From: Macrostomum hystrix
Taxonomy: Eukaryota > Animalia > Platyhelminthes
NCBI GenBank assembly: GCA_950097015.1
Contig: CATNEN010000012.1
Span: 1,240,001 to 1,304,000, forward strand
Length of the DNA: 64,000 nucleotides
Direction of reading: 5' to 3'
Part shown: positions 51,190-64,000 of the stretch, piece by piece
Layout: each line of letters begins with the position of its first letter
How positions within the stretch are numbered: position 1 is the first letter of the stretch
Notes under the pieces: model-generated
Told to the model about the DNA's origin: nothing
Seen by the model: only the letters and a program-made list of their open reading frames with translations
Database searches by the model: none
Program-made: the position numbers and the translations under genes

Positions 51190-53382
51190 CTTAGGGCCGG
51201 GTTTTGGGCGGCGGTGAATTAAGTAGCCGTCGAATCCCTTCTCCCTGGATCTGTCTAGACCCCTGTAGGAATGACTGATCGCGGCCATAGCTTTTATTGT
51301 ATGAGTAGTTTAGGTCATAATTCCCCTCCAAACCGCGATCAGATATAGGGGATCACTCGGGCGTTATGAGTGATCATTAATTCTTCATGACCCCACTTCT
51401 TTACAGTATTCGAGCCCAGCTCGACTTTATGACCTCCCTCCTTTAGATACATGTAAATGTCACTGTAGGCAGGTCGGCGCCTGCGCTTCCCATTGTCCTG
51501 GCGGAGTAACAATCATTGGCCGACTGCCGACGGCTGTTCGAGCAGAACATCTGTCGTTTCTCGCCGCCGGTTCGTTGGGTAATCGGGGCGGCAATCGCCG
51601 CTTCAATTCCTCGATGACAGGCTGGCGCGAATGTGGGTTGCTTTGATGGATGTCGGGGTTGGCGTGCTGCAGGACTATTTAAGAAAGCGCGCTGCGCTGC
51701 TCCCTCTAGGACCCCTTTTCTCCCGCCGGCTCTTCCCCTTCTCCCCTGCCGGACTTACCTAAGCCGGGCCGGACTCCCACCGGACCCAGGGCACTATTCC
51801 CGACCACGTAGGGCTTAGACCCTTGAGCCTTGAGCTCCGAGCAGATAAGCACAGGCCAATTGCCTGTTCCCATTCCCTAAGCGCAAGCCACCTCTTAGGT
51901 GAGCTCTAAATTGAGCCTTTGAGCTCCCAGTGCGTTGGCCCCTGCCAACTCGCAGAAGTCCCCTTTCTCTGTCTTACTGCTTTGCCCATCCCTTCTCCCC
52001 GAGAACAACGGGACTGCAGCACGCGGCCAAACGAGACCCAGCTAAGTAATCCGCGCAGCGGTTTGTTATTGTTAATCCTAAGGGACAATTTTACTTTTAG
52101 TTTAGGCGGCATTTAGTGGGAGGGGAGTTAGGGGAGTTTTCAGCCTAATAAAACCACTTAATCTAAAGCACCTTTAACTTATTGGGCTAATTTTTAACAT
52201 CAACCTAATTTTTACTATGTCTCCTTTTCACCTTTATTTTCTCATTAGACAGCCCTCTACCATGAGTGGCTAATCTATTAGGGGAATGGGCTCTGGCACA
52301 GCCGAGCTGAAAGCTGCGGCAGGAAGGCAATTGTAAGCGCGCATGAGAGTAATATGGAGCTAGGGATTTGTAAGTAAATGCGGAGGGTAGCATGTGCATT
52401 TTCCTTTCCAGGGGGTTGGGGGAATCCTTGGCCGGTTTTCCTTCTCCCTCTTGGGTGGGTTCAAGGTACGTGTCGAGCTCCCTTTCCAATGGAGTTTTCC
52501 CGCTGTCCCCCTTTCGCACCTGCGGCCACGGGAACGAGAGTGATGTTCAATTAATCTCACGCTTGCATAATCACTCAGCCAGTGTTCAGCTTAACCTCTC
52601 CTGCCTCTGTTCTCCTCAACTCACACAGACTCGGATTGCTAGTTATCTAATGTGTAGGCTGCAGTCTAATGTACCGAATGTGTCTGATGTTTCATGAGTA
52701 GGATTCTGGCTATGGGTTTCTTTTTCAGGTTCTGAGTACCACCTTTCTAGACCACTGTAGCGCAAATTCAGGAATCCCCTGGTGAGGCGTGTCTCGATCC
52801 ATTCTGGGGTCTTCACCCTAGTCTAAAACGGAAGTTACAGAAGGCTCTATTTTTTCGGCTTGTCTAAGATCTGTGTGACAAACTAGGAGCCGCGAGCTCC
52901 GGGGACCCAAGTTCCCAAATGTCTGCGGTGGCAACGTAGGCGCATTGGGTGGTGGCGCTACCCTAGATCATTTTCCGCTTTGCCGATAGCCTTTCCGCAT
53001 TTCTAAGACAAGAGCCTAGGCCGAGTCGACCACTGCTACCGAGTTTAGGGGTCAGTTACGAACATGCTACTGATGACAGTAGGCTGCATAGCTCTGTCCT
53101 ATCCGTCTGCGGGTAGTCCGACATCTATTTAGACTTTTAGCCGGTTTCGAGCACTGCTTGGGGTAGGCACGGCAGTCATGCCTGTGGCCTATGGGTTGAG
53201 TGGGACTGGCCAGCCTGAGGCCGAGAGGACCACTCCCTGCATCCACTGTCTCTCCCTTCATCTCTCCCTTCATCCCTCTTTCCGCGGCAACTCGCGAGCC
53301 TTTGCGGTATGACTTCCGACTCTATCGCTATCCCCACACTCCTTTCCTTCACGAGGACAGATCATCGGATTGCAAACCCGCA
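51190..53382 (+). mobile_element. Unclassified LTR-like dispersed repeat, copy 1 (left boundary uncertain)
   Basis: Homologous in inverted orientation to 62279-64000. Homology ends at AACCCGCA. It has TATTTAAG (~51676) and AATAAA (~52147) and no convincing ORF. Confidence 0.6.
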
Positions 53383-55694
53383 GCTATTTCATTTTTCCCA
53401 TTTCAGTTACTCGTGGTCTCTTTAATATGTTTAATGTTGTACAGTGTATATCAGAAACTATCAGCATCTAATGGATCTTTAACTTTTGATAGCCTTTGTG
53501 GTCAACTAGTACCAGAGTTCACCTAGACTTTAGAACTTAGTTCTAGCTAAATTTGCAATTTAATTCTATTTTAGTCCTCCACCCAATTGCAACTCAGTTC
53601 AACTATTTAGCCATTAGGCCTATCATTGTGATTTTTGTTGTTGCCCATTGTTCCTTTATTTCCCCCAAAATAGCTGTATTGTAGACTAAATTTAGAGACT
53701 AAAAGGATGGCTATTGGTGCCACTATAGGCTAAATCAGGTGGGTTTTCCCACCTGGTGACTCATTTGTATAGAACTTGGTTTACTTTACATCAATTGGCA
53801 TATGGAGTGTAGAAGTACATTACCTAGAATATTGTACTGTTGAAGAAAGTAAATAATTTAATAAAATGAAATATTTATGTGCAAATATAATATTTATTTA
53901 TTGGATAGTAAAACTGGTCAAATGCATTGTTAGGAAATGGTTTGATTAATTTATTTATTATATTTACAGTCATATATCATTTGAAGATAAATAGACTCTC
54001 TATTCTGGTACATCTGGTGCATTGCTCACTGATGATGCATGTAATTGTTAGCCATTTTAACATCAGGGACTAAGAGGGACTGTTTCTGAGAACCAATAGC
54101 GCCAGTTCATAGTCGTATCCCTTTCCCATTTTCTGGCTCTTAAAACTCTAAATTGGAGATATAACTGGTACCTTCCAGCCGATGGCAGAGGTGCAGCAGC
54201 GTTCACGAAGACCTGTCGCTCGCCTTCAATGTGAGCCAACTAATGACTTCTTTCTGTTTTGGTACAGTGGGAGCGGAGTGTACTCCGAAGTCTTTGCTTA
54301 CAGTCTTTGCTGACTGCCCTTCAGTCAATTCCTCCAGATGTTAAGGCGAGCATGAAGAAGGGCCAGGAAGTGAAAATCCGAAATGGGCCTAGGATGGAGA
54401 AAGCCTTTCTTCTGGTCAGAGGTTCACTGCCGCATCTCCTCAAGGCCTCTAAGGTGCTTGATGCTGCACTGGAAGAAATGGACTTCGTTGATACTGACAC
54501 CCGGCGGTTAAAATCATGTCGAAACGACGTCGATTTTCGCCTTTCAAAAACTAGCGACAAATGAGTTGTCGTTTGAACCATCCTTTGACGTCGAAATATC
54601 GACATTATTTTTTCTCTTCTTATTTGCAGAATCAATAATTTTGAAAATCTTTAAAACACATTTTCAACGTGATTTTCTGTTTACTGAAATGACTTAATAA
54701 ATTCACCAAAGGCAGACACGACACTTTTTGTTTTAACACAGCAAAAGATTATTATTCTATTTCAAAAGTATCGACATGCGATGTCGATTTTCGTCAATTG
54801 CAGGACCAGGTGTAGGGCGATTGATGCGTTAATATTTAACTTGCATTTTCTGTATTAAGCGTGGCGAATTATTTCTTTCATTGTACTTCATTATTTTGTC
54901 GCTATTCATGTGTGTTATTAATTTAGTGTAAAGTTCGAGGTTTTATAATACTGCTTTGGTTTGCTGCCTAAAAGGTTTAAACTTTTATACAGGATATAAG
55001 TAAATTAATAAATTAACCATAAAGTAGACACCCTTTACTTTGAAGTACAGCTTTTTGAACATTTTTGGTAGTGTAGCATTTAATGAACAGTAACGAATTG
55101 TTTTTTTTCAAATATAATAAGGGTACAATTGTATAACAATAAGTATTTCTAATATTTATATGTATATAATTTTTTATATAAAAATAAAATAAAATAATAC
55201 ATATATTTATCTTTTTTGTACATAAATACATAATTTCCTTATTGGTTCTAATTCTAATCTATGTTTGTTACATTATAAATAAAAGCATAGCCAATCCATA
55301 GCTGCTCATGAAGTAGAACTGCACTATAGCATATAGGCCTAATATAAGTAGCTAATTGCTTGCATCTAGCTAGAGCATAAGTTACAACATATATCATAAT
55401 TATCTAATTATTTATATGTAATAATTGAAGGAGTTACTATGAAGTTATTCTATAAAAACTTTGTAGCTATATACTTTGTATTTGTGAGTAATATAAAGTT
55501 CACTTTGGTACTTGTATCATGAAATATGGACAAATAGAAAGCTGGCTTGCTTTTGTATTTTTTGTAACGTCATTAATAGTGATTACTATTTATTAAAGTA
55601 CTTATTAATTGTTTTGTAAATGTACTATGTTCTCCGGATATATGTATGAGAACATTGTATTGTAATTGTTTAGTAAAGCCGCTTGCTTATTCTA

Positions 55695-56128
55695 CATACA
55701 TGCGCAACCTCCCAAATCTTAGCCGGCCTTGCGACTTAGTTTTTGCTCTCATTTGCGACTTAGTTCGTTTCATTGCTCTATTTACGACTTAGTTTGCTCT
55801 CATTTGCGACTTAGTTCGTTTTCATTGCTCTATTTACGACTTAGTTTGCTCTCATTTGCGACTTAGTTCGTTTCATTGCTCTATTTACGACTTAGTTTGC
55901 TCTCATTTGCGACTTAGTTCGTTTCATTGCTCTATTTACGACTTAGTTTGCTCTCATTTGCTCTCTTTTTCTCTCCACTTTTTCCTTTTCTTCACGCCTT
56001 CCTTTTTTGTTCCTTGGTCCCCCCTTTGATTTTTTGCGCTTGGTCGATTGGTTTTTGCGACTTACCTTGCTTGGCCCTCGTTTCACCCGGCCGCTTCGGC
56101 CGGGTCGGCTGGGTGTTGCGCATGTATG
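55695..56128. mobile_element. hAT-type MITE, 434 bp, with internal tandem repeats
   Basis: 14-bp TIR CATACATGCGCAAC. 8-bp TSD TTATTCTA at 55687-55694 and 56129-56136. Confidence 0.88.
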
Positions 56129-56319
56129 TTATTCTACCAAAAATATTTCTAGCAAATGCCCCTCTCAACTCGGCAGCCGAGGACGTCCTACGCGACCGCA
56201 CAAGACGCTTTTTTAAGGACGCGAAAAGCAGAATTTCCGCGAGTTTTAACCGTTGACGCCGTTGATTTTTACTGTTTCCCATTTACGATTCTAATCTGTT
56301 GTATTTTTTGCATTTGTTG

Positions 56320-56560
56320 CGATTGTTGTCCCTCATTTTTCCATTGTTTGCCTTGCTGCGATGCCATTGTTGTCCCTCATTTTTCCATTGTTTGCCTTGC
56401 TGCGATGCCATTGTTGTCCCTCATTTTTCCATTGTTTGCCTTGCTGCAATGCCATTGTTGTCCCTCATTTTTCCATTGTTTGCCTTGCTGCAATGCCATT
56501 GTTGTCCCTCATTTTTCCATTGTTTGCCTTGCTGCCATGCCATTGTTGTTTCTCATTTTT
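56320..56560. repeat. 44-bp minisatellite, ~5 copies
   Basis: GCCATTGTTGTCCCTCATTTTTCCATTGTTTGCCTTGCTGC(A/G)AT. Confidence 0.92.
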
Positions 56561-59103
56561 CCATTGAATATACTGTAGACGTTTTTCATGGTTGCGGGAT
56601 TAGTTGCATCTGTTTCGGATAGCAAATGAAACGTCAGCCTTTTTTGGACTTAACATTTAGTCTTAACATTTATTTCCGTCTTAAGGGTAGATCAGCGTAT
56701 AAACTAAAATTTATGTTTCGTCAGCTGGAAGAAATTTATGACTATTGTATGAAACAATGCACTAGCATATTAATAAGTACTAGTAAAAAATTTGTCGAAA
56801 ATCGACATCAACTTGCTGCAATCATGAATATAAACGACGTCGACTTTTCGTCATCAATAGTGGAAAACGCGACGTCGCATACTCGACATCTGATAGCGAA
56901 ATTTCGACGTCGAAATCGTGGTTCAAATCGACATGAAATTTCGACGTCGATTTTCGACGTCATTTCGACGTGATTTTAACCGCCGGGGTGTCATGAAGAT
57001 TGGGTTGTCTGCCTTTTCGACCGCTGGAGTGAACGATGCTGGTGGCAATGATGCTGACTCAAGCTCCGACGATGATTCCGTGGTCTCCTTTGTGTATGAT
57101 GGCCGCAAAAGACCTTCCAACCAAAATCGCAATTCCGTGGTGGACAAGCGCCCAAGACTTGCGTCTTCTGATCCGATGGTTCGAGAGAGAGCCAAGCTGG
57201 CTGCACTTCAATCTGCTGAACAGAATGAAGCTGCATCTCCGCAGGCAAATGGCGTATCCGCTGTGGATCTGGAGACACCCAGGGGTCCCGCGGGTCCATC
57301 AACAACACGCAAAGAGTCTAGGAGTGATGCTCTTCTCGAAGTGATGAAGCAGCTGCTCAAGGAACAGAAGAGAACCAATCGTCTGTTGGCCGAATTGGTC
57401 GCTGCCAAAGAGCAGAAAACTGTGCACGCGTCCGATCTTGCTGAGTACACGTGCCACAATGGCCAGATCATTGACCTGCAGGACATCAACAGGCATGATC
57501 CAAACTCCTTCGCTAGAAAGTTTGTCCCCATCGCTCATGGCAGGGATGACCTCAAGGGCCGCTTACTGTCGAGCAAGCGGAAGACTGATCGTAGGCTTTT
57601 CTCTAAGGAAGAATACGACGATGTGTATAACGCTGTGTGTGCCAAATTTCCAGGTTGTTCATGGCCATCTGTTGAGGCCAGTGTTAACCAATTTCTGAGG
57701 GACATCTGTAAGGACAAAAACTAAACTCATGATCCTTAGCGCATCATCAGTGAGTGAACTTTCAAGAGTTGTTTGCATAATCCATACATTTACGTTCGTT
57801 CAGCTGTCTCACGGCATCCAGTACTTAAGTATAATTGCATGATTAGGTACAAGTACGATTGTAGTAGTCCATTTAGTGTGATGGCTAGACCTTGTTTTTA
57901 TGCTGCTTTTTCAAACTACTTTCTGTCTCATCTTTGTATTAATAATGTTTGTCTTGTCTGTTATTCGAATTTGTTAATGCAATTAAATTTTCATCAACTA
58001 TTCGCTAGAAATTTTCTTTTATTTTCTAGGTATTTCGCTATTTCTGTAATAGAAAATGTGAACTTTAATAACAAAAGTCCCAAATAGGCTCACAAGGCAG
58101 CGCTTCATTGTTCGGGAGTTCGCACATGTGCATGTATGACGACTACAATTTTGCTGTCCGACTCAACTCCTGCGCATTGAAGGCTGCACCGGTTTCACTT
58201 TCCACGCCATAAAAATGCTGCCTCACGCTCCCAATCAATACCCAACACTCCCAATGAATTTTTTGTTTACTTTTTTGTTCATAAAGCAGTCCCAATGACG
58301 GCAAGTGGCCTTTGAATTTCCATCTTTTTGTTACAACATTTCTACGTCACTATTGAAATGCGCACAGTAAACTGTATTGCACTCTAGTTTAATCTGGGGT
58401 GACAAATTCCATCTTTACGTGTGTGTGTGCAGTTACGAAAACTTAGTGGCACTGTTCTGTCTTTCTTAATTATTTCAATTTTGCTTGCAATTTTTTAAAC
58501 ATTCAGTACCTACCTGCCATTCAGGCTAAAATGGACGAGTGCACAAATTTTTACATACATTTTTGTATGTTATAGTTTCGAAACAAAAATCGAACAATTC
58601 TTTATACACAACTGCACTAGCATCCTTCAGAAAGTAACGAGCATTAAAATGATGTGATACATGCAATAATGCCATAATTACGATTCTTAAAATTTGGCTT
58701 GGAAAACCTCTTGCAATTATGGCACTTTTATTGCAATTTTCCGAAGAAATATTGTTACGTTATTGCAATTTTATTCTACGAAATATTACAATACTTGTAA
58801 TATGTCTTGCAAAAAGTTACAATTATTACAATTTATCTTGCAATTTACTCTTACAATTATTGCACTTTTATTGCAATTTTTAGTAAGAGTGATTGCAATA
58901 TTATTGCAATTTTCGCAATTTGTCTCGACTAGTGATGGAGAAAAGTAATGCACTTGCCTCGCGCATGGCTGTTGCCAAAAATAATATAGAAGCGTAGTTG
59001 CATTGCCAATGTTTTACTGATGCTAGTTCACCCTGTCCATGTTGAGCTTAGCGTAATTAATTGTAACGGCTTATTAATTAACCTCATCCGATTGACTATA
59101 TTA

Positions 59104-59290
59104 GGGGGTGAGTAACAGAGTGGTCTAACGCGTTTGCCAATCGCACCACAGTCCCTGAGCTCGATTCCGAGGCGAGGCTGTGGGTCTACTGTCACCAAAT
59201 GATGTGCCAGTGCCCACAGCCCTCCTGAAATTACGAGCCGATTAGCACTTTGTCAATCACAAGTTGGCACCTGAGGAAAAAATATTAAAC
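59104..59290 (+). mobile_element. tRNA-derived SINE (degenerate)
   Basis: A-box-like TAACAGAGTGG (59113-59123) and B-box-like AGCTCGATTCC (59158-59168) at tRNA spacing, followed by a non-tRNA body and an A-rich end. Confidence 0.6.
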
Positions 59291-60879
59291 ATGAAGACAG
59301 TATTGTTTTACAAATAGAACAGGTAATAATCGAGCACGAAGTGTTAAATGGCGGTTTTAAAAAAAAATTATATTATATTACTAAATAAAATTATTATTGC
59401 CCAGATAACATTCTGCTCACACCATCTTACCAGATGTTTTGCCTTGTACATCTTAGCAGATCTGCCGGCCACTGTACGATCTTGCAAGGTCATTTAAGAT
59501 AAGCAGGCTGCTGAAATACATTATATCCTGGTAAAATGTTTTTTTCTTCTATTATATAGTAATTTCACCGTGGTTTATTTTTTTTTCTAAATAATTACCA
59601 AAATTTTCTTTGTCGATCTTTTGAATGTTACTTTTAAGTGTTTCTGTGTTTTACCGAAATAGCTAAGGTAATTTTTAAATTAAAATACTCTTGCAGTTGA
59701 TTGCTTAACGGCTTAACGCTATCAACAAAAAGCTTTGCATATTCTCATGGTCACTGTTCATTGCCCACGTTGGGCTTGAGTTTTTCAATTATCTCATAGT
59801 TCCTGAGTTTACTGCTAAGCCAGAGATCTTACTATTTATGTTATGTCAACTACGTGTTCTCTATGACTGTCACAACTAAAAGCTCTTGTTACTTTACGGT
59901 TTACTTAATAAAAAATGTAGAGCATCTACAGCTTTATTAAGTCCACTAAAACTTATAAGTGATGCTTTTATCTAGCTATATGTAAATAAAAACTTTTTTC
60001 TGTGAATATATTAGAATAATAGACAATTTAATATGTAGCAAAAAGTCAAATCAGCATGGCATCAACAAAACAAAAGGCTTTTATTGATCTCTGCTAAGCT
60101 AGCTAGCTACCTGGTTGTACTAGTAATCTAGGTTCTTATTTTGTTTCTAGATGCAAAAAATACATCAAATACTTGTGGTGAAAAAAAGAAACAGTATATT
60201 TTATTAACCACAAGCATTCTTTTTCCCTTGTAAAAAATATTTAAATCAGGTATCTAGGTAGCTAAGAATTGGTCTAAGAGATCGTTGCAACAATTTAGCT
60301 ACTAGAATATGTAATTAGGATATAGCTATCTATCTACTTTGCTATACCAGGGTAGCTAGCTAGTAGCAGTAGCTAGTTTACTAGCAATAAAACTGTTAGA
60401 CAATAGACACATCACTAGCCATTACTTTATTTTCTACTTAAAATTATCTTATTTTTAATTTCAGCTTTTAAGTAGCTATAACACCTAGTGTAGGCCTATA
60501 AACTATTCTAGACCTAAAAATCTGGCTGCTATTCTCACTGACAAGAGACCCAAGCGAAGGCGAAATGGCAATCTTGACAAGTTTGCCACAGAACGTTAGC
60601 AAAATATTTTTGTGCTGCTATGGTTTAATAAAACGCGGACATATAGTGAGGTCATGCCTTTGACACATTCAAAATTCTTAAAAGTAATAAGATGTCTTTG
60701 TTTTCTTAAGTTAATTGCACTACTAGAGACAATAATTATGGCAATTATATGCAACAGTCTATATATTCTTTTTCTTTTCATTTAATATTATAGTTTTCAC
60801 CATCTGAAAAGCTAAACTGGACCAAGGCAAGTATCTAATTTGTACTACTGTAGTTGGTTTAGGTTTTGAATGTTCAGAG

Positions 60880-62253
60880 ACTTCAAGTGATGAAGCCGAT
60901 GATGCTGAAAATAATCCATCCTATGATCCACAATTGGACACCAGCATTTCACCCTTTTTAAGGCAGCAGACATTGGGTAATGCAAGTACTTCACTTTTAA
61001 AGATTATTTAAAGGAAGAGAGTTGATAATTTTTAATCCCTTTATTGTTGTATAATTTATTATTACTATTAATAAAGCCCTCCTTCTTTCAGGCCTTGCCA
61101 GCATCAGTGCACATGATGCCAATAATGCTAATGCTACTACTATCGCAAGTAAGATGCCAATTCAATGTCCATATGGAGTCATATATTTTGCTAATTTTAT
61201 ATTTTGCTTTGTGTCAATCCAATTTATCTATTTCACCTATGCTTCCCAGAGACAAACAGGTTTAATCAAGAAGCAAAGAGCGTAGCATGCTTGCTGCTGC
61301 AAGTTCTGCTGCTTCAAGTGAGCATTGTGAACAAGATTCAAATGCTGTGGTGTCTGTGCCCATGCATGTCAGTGGGCCAGCTGTGTCAGCATCTTCAGCC
61401 AGACAGGAAGATGGACATTTATATGGTGCTAGTTTTTCGCCTAGTGCTCCATTGACACCAATTTCGACCAGCTCAACAAAACGATTTGGTCCAAGTCTTC
61501 CACCTGCTGCAGTTGCAATCAACCAGCCTATGACGAGTGCTCAGGCTGATAACATAATACGGCTGCTGCAGCAAATTAAGAATATTCTCATTGATGTGCG
61601 CGAAAACACTCGTCCAACACAGGGCTCGATGGAGGATATGGTAATGACACTTTACAATGTGCAGTTGTATTGTGTTTTAGAAATTTTAGATTTATAATCG
61701 AGGCTCTAGTGACCTTTTATCTTATAAAAAATACATTTTAGTTCCTCTTTGACCATCTTGGTCGGCAGTTTAACATCCAAGAAATCACAGGCTCAACAGC
61801 TACACTGTTCGTCTTGTCCCTTGTTGATCGCCTAATGGGACCTGATTACATCCAACAGCATCGATTTGAGCAGCACCCTCTCCCCGAAGGTCTCGTTTCT
61901 GCTTCTGGAGAGTTGATTTGGCAACTAAAAGATAAGTTCTGTTTCTTTTTATTATGAAATGCGCTTTGTTTACTTTGTTTTAGCTCACAAGTATCTTCAT
62001 TTTGGCAATGTGGTATACGGCAAGCTCTAACACTATATATTGTAATCTTTGTTACTGAATTGTACTGTCCAGTGAATTATATGCAGCTTAACAATATTAA
62101 TTAATTATTAACAAATACTTTTTAACAGCTGCACTTCGCATCCGATTCGGCTCGTCGAGCATGTGGCCCCAGGCAAGACTGTCACTGAACCAAGCCTCAC
62201 GTGACCGTCGGAAGAAGCGTCTGATGAACTCGAGTGCGCAGGCGGAAACTTAA
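60880..62253 (+). CDS. Multi-exon gene with a coiled coil and BEN-like C-terminus (probably transposon-derived; 5' exons uncertain)
   Basis: QADNIIRLLQQIKNILIDVRENTRP..MEDM|gt...ag|FLFDHLGRQF..TLFVLSLVDRLMGPDYIQQH..LPE|gt...ag|AALRIRFGSSSMWPQARLSLNQASRDRRKKR; splice phases are compatible. Confidence 0.55.
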
Positions 62254-62278
62254 AACTATAATTTTTCTATGAAGTGGG

Positions 62279-64000
62279 TGCGGGTTTTGCAATCCGATGA
62301 CCTGTCCTCAAGAGAGAAAGGGAGCGTGGGGATGGCGATAGAGTTAGAAGTCGTACCGCAAAGCCTCGCGATTTATCGCGGGGAGAGGGATGAAGGGAGA
62401 GATGAAGGGAGAGACAGTGGATGCAGGGAGTGGTCCTCTCGGCCTCAGGCTGGCCAGTCCCACTCAACCCATAGGCCACAGGCATGACTGCCGTGCCTAC
62501 CCCAAGCAGTGCTCGAAACCGGCTAAAGTCTAAAGAGATATCGGACTACCCGCAAGCAGGTAGGACAGGGCTAGATAGCCTACTGTCATCAGTAGCATGT
62601 ACATAACTGACTCCTAACAGTGGTAGCAGTGGTCGATTCGGCCCAGGCTCTTGTCTTAGAAATGCGGAAAGGCTATTGGCAAAGCGGAAAATGATCTAGG
62701 GTAGCGCCACCACCCAATGCGCCTACGTTGCCACCGCAGACATTTGGGAACTTGGGTCCCCGGAGTTCACAGCTCCTAGTTTGTCACACAGATCTCAGAC
62801 AAGCCGAAAAATAGGGCATTCTGTAACTTCCGTTTTAGACTAGGGCGAAGACCCCAGAATGGATCGAGACACGCCTCAACAGGGGATTCCTGAAACTGCG
62901 CTACAGTGGTCTAGAAAGGTGGTACTCCGAACTCGAATGGGAAACCCATAGCCGGAATCCTACTCAGGAAACATCAGGCACATTCCCTACATTAGATTGC
63001 AGCCTACACATTAAATAACTAGCAAATCCGAATCTGTGTGAGATGAGGAAATCAGAGGCAGAAGCGATTAAGCAGAACACTGGCTGAGTGATTATGCAAG
63101 CGATAAATATTAGATCACGCCTCTCGCTCCCATGGCCGTAGTTGCGAGGGCGGGGAATAGAAGGAGAATTCAATTGACAAAGGAGTTTGACGCGTACACT
63201 GGAATCCGCCAGTGAGAGAGGAAAGCCGGCCAAGGAATTCCCCGCCCCTAAGCAGCAATGCACACGCTACATTCCGCATTTTACTCGCAAATCCCTAGCT
63301 CCTTTACTTTCATGCGCGCTCGCAGTTGTCCTCCTGCCGCAGCTTTCAGCTAGGCATCACCAGAGCCCACCCCCTAATGAGCTAGCCACTCATGGTCGAG
63401 GGCTGCCTAACGATAAAATAAAGGTGAAAAAGAGGCATAGCAAAAGGAATTAAGTTGTTATAAAATTAAGCCCAATAGGTTAAAAGTGCTTTAGATTAGA
63501 AAGTTTATTAGGCTAGACAGTTCCCTAGTTTCCCTCCCACTAATTGCCGCCTAACTTAAAGTGCTAGTCCCTTAGGAGTAATAATTATGCAACCGCTGCG
63601 CGGGTTACTTATCTGGATGCTGATTCGGCCGCGTGCTTCAATCCTGTAGCTCTCGGGGAAGGGGTAGGGCAAAACAGCAAGGCTGAGAGAGGGTAAACTG
63701 AAGTGAGCTGGCAGGGGCCAACACACGGGGAGCACAGTGGCTCAATTTAGAGCCCACCTAAAGAGGTGGCTTGCGATTAGAGGAAAGAAGACAGGCAAAG
63801 AGCCTGTGAGCACTTGCTTGAGCTTATAGCTCTGGGGTCTAAGCCCTGTGTGGATGTGGGGGAAGTGCCTTAGGTCCGGTGGGAGTCCGGCCCAGCAGGT
63901 AGGAGGGGGCGATAGGACGGTAAGGTCCGAAGGTAGGGTTGGAAGGGTAACGGTCCAAGGTAAAAGGTTCCCTAGGGGCAGCGCAGCGCGCTTCCTTAAA
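62279..64000 (-). mobile_element. Unclassified LTR-like repeat, copy 2 (inverted, runs off the window)
   Basis: Blocks shared with ~51690-53382, e.g. GGGTAGCGCCACCACCCAATGCGCCTACGTTGCCACCGCAGACATTTGGGAACTTGGGTCCC. Confidence 0.65.

Larger units (their letters stand above)
54500..56987. mobile_element. Non-autonomous TIR element with CCC...GGG ends (EnSpm-like)
   Basis: TIR CCCGGCGGTTAAAATCA(T/C)GTCGAAA(C/T)GACGTCGA with subterminal CGACGTCGA repeats. No TSD visible. Confidence 0.8.
54259..57724 (+). pseudogene. CACTA accessory ORF (coiled coil plus BEN-like domain), split by the 54500-56987 insert
   Basis: LLEVMKQLLKEQKRTNRLLAELV, then NSFARKFV..RRLFSKEEYDDVYNAVCAKFPGCSWPSVEASVNQFLRD. Joining 54499 to 56988 restores the frame. 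Confidence 0.65.
50591..58934. mobile_element. CACTA element, apparently non-autonomous, with nested inserts
   Basis: CACTAGTCGAGAAAATTGCGAAAA ... TTTTCGCAATTTGTCTCGACTAGTG. 2-bp TSD AT and subterminal ATTGCAAT repeats at both ends. Confidence 0.88.

Noticed and set aside
53060-53160. Hammerhead ribozyme or C/D snoRNA at the conserved CTGATGA
   Set aside because: There is no GAAA core after a stem II. The motif is simply the loop region of a CTACT/AGTAG hairpin, and no convincing box D partner is present.
59104-59180. Functional tRNA gene
   Set aside because: The A and B boxes are degenerate and the acceptor and anticodon stems do not pair, so a SINE head fits better.

Overview
Eukaryotic (invertebrate-animal-like) repeat-dominated DNA; the species cannot be determined from sequence alone. 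Order: internally deleted BEL/Pao remnant and its 3' LTR (1-1745); ~11 kb 23-bp satellite with higher-order structure (1746-12765); a small atypical HES/Hairy-type bHLH-WRPW gene (14316-14901, minus); a full-length Ingi-like LINE with a 5' HDV-like ribozyme, a 2A 'StopGo' motif, four PHD fingers, APE, RT, RNase H and a CCHC finger (17922-22999). Then a four-level nest whose junctions all reconstruct: EnSpm/CACTA (24355-47587) > Gypsy (29650-46321) > 12.35-kb foldback/MULE-like element with 2.2/2.7-kb repeat-containing TIRs (32900-45250) > mariner (40851-42221). After that come a second CACTA element with a BEN-like accessory ORF and nested MITEs (50591-58934), a tRNA-derived SINE, a second BEN-like spliced gene and two inverted copies of an unclassified LTR-like repeat. 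The best candidate for an undescribed system is the foldback element: one spliced gene joins a MULE/NOF-like DDE transposase to a USP-like cysteine protease, and a convergent 407-codon ORF starts at the opposite TIR. Domain names come from motif recognition by eye; no database search was run.
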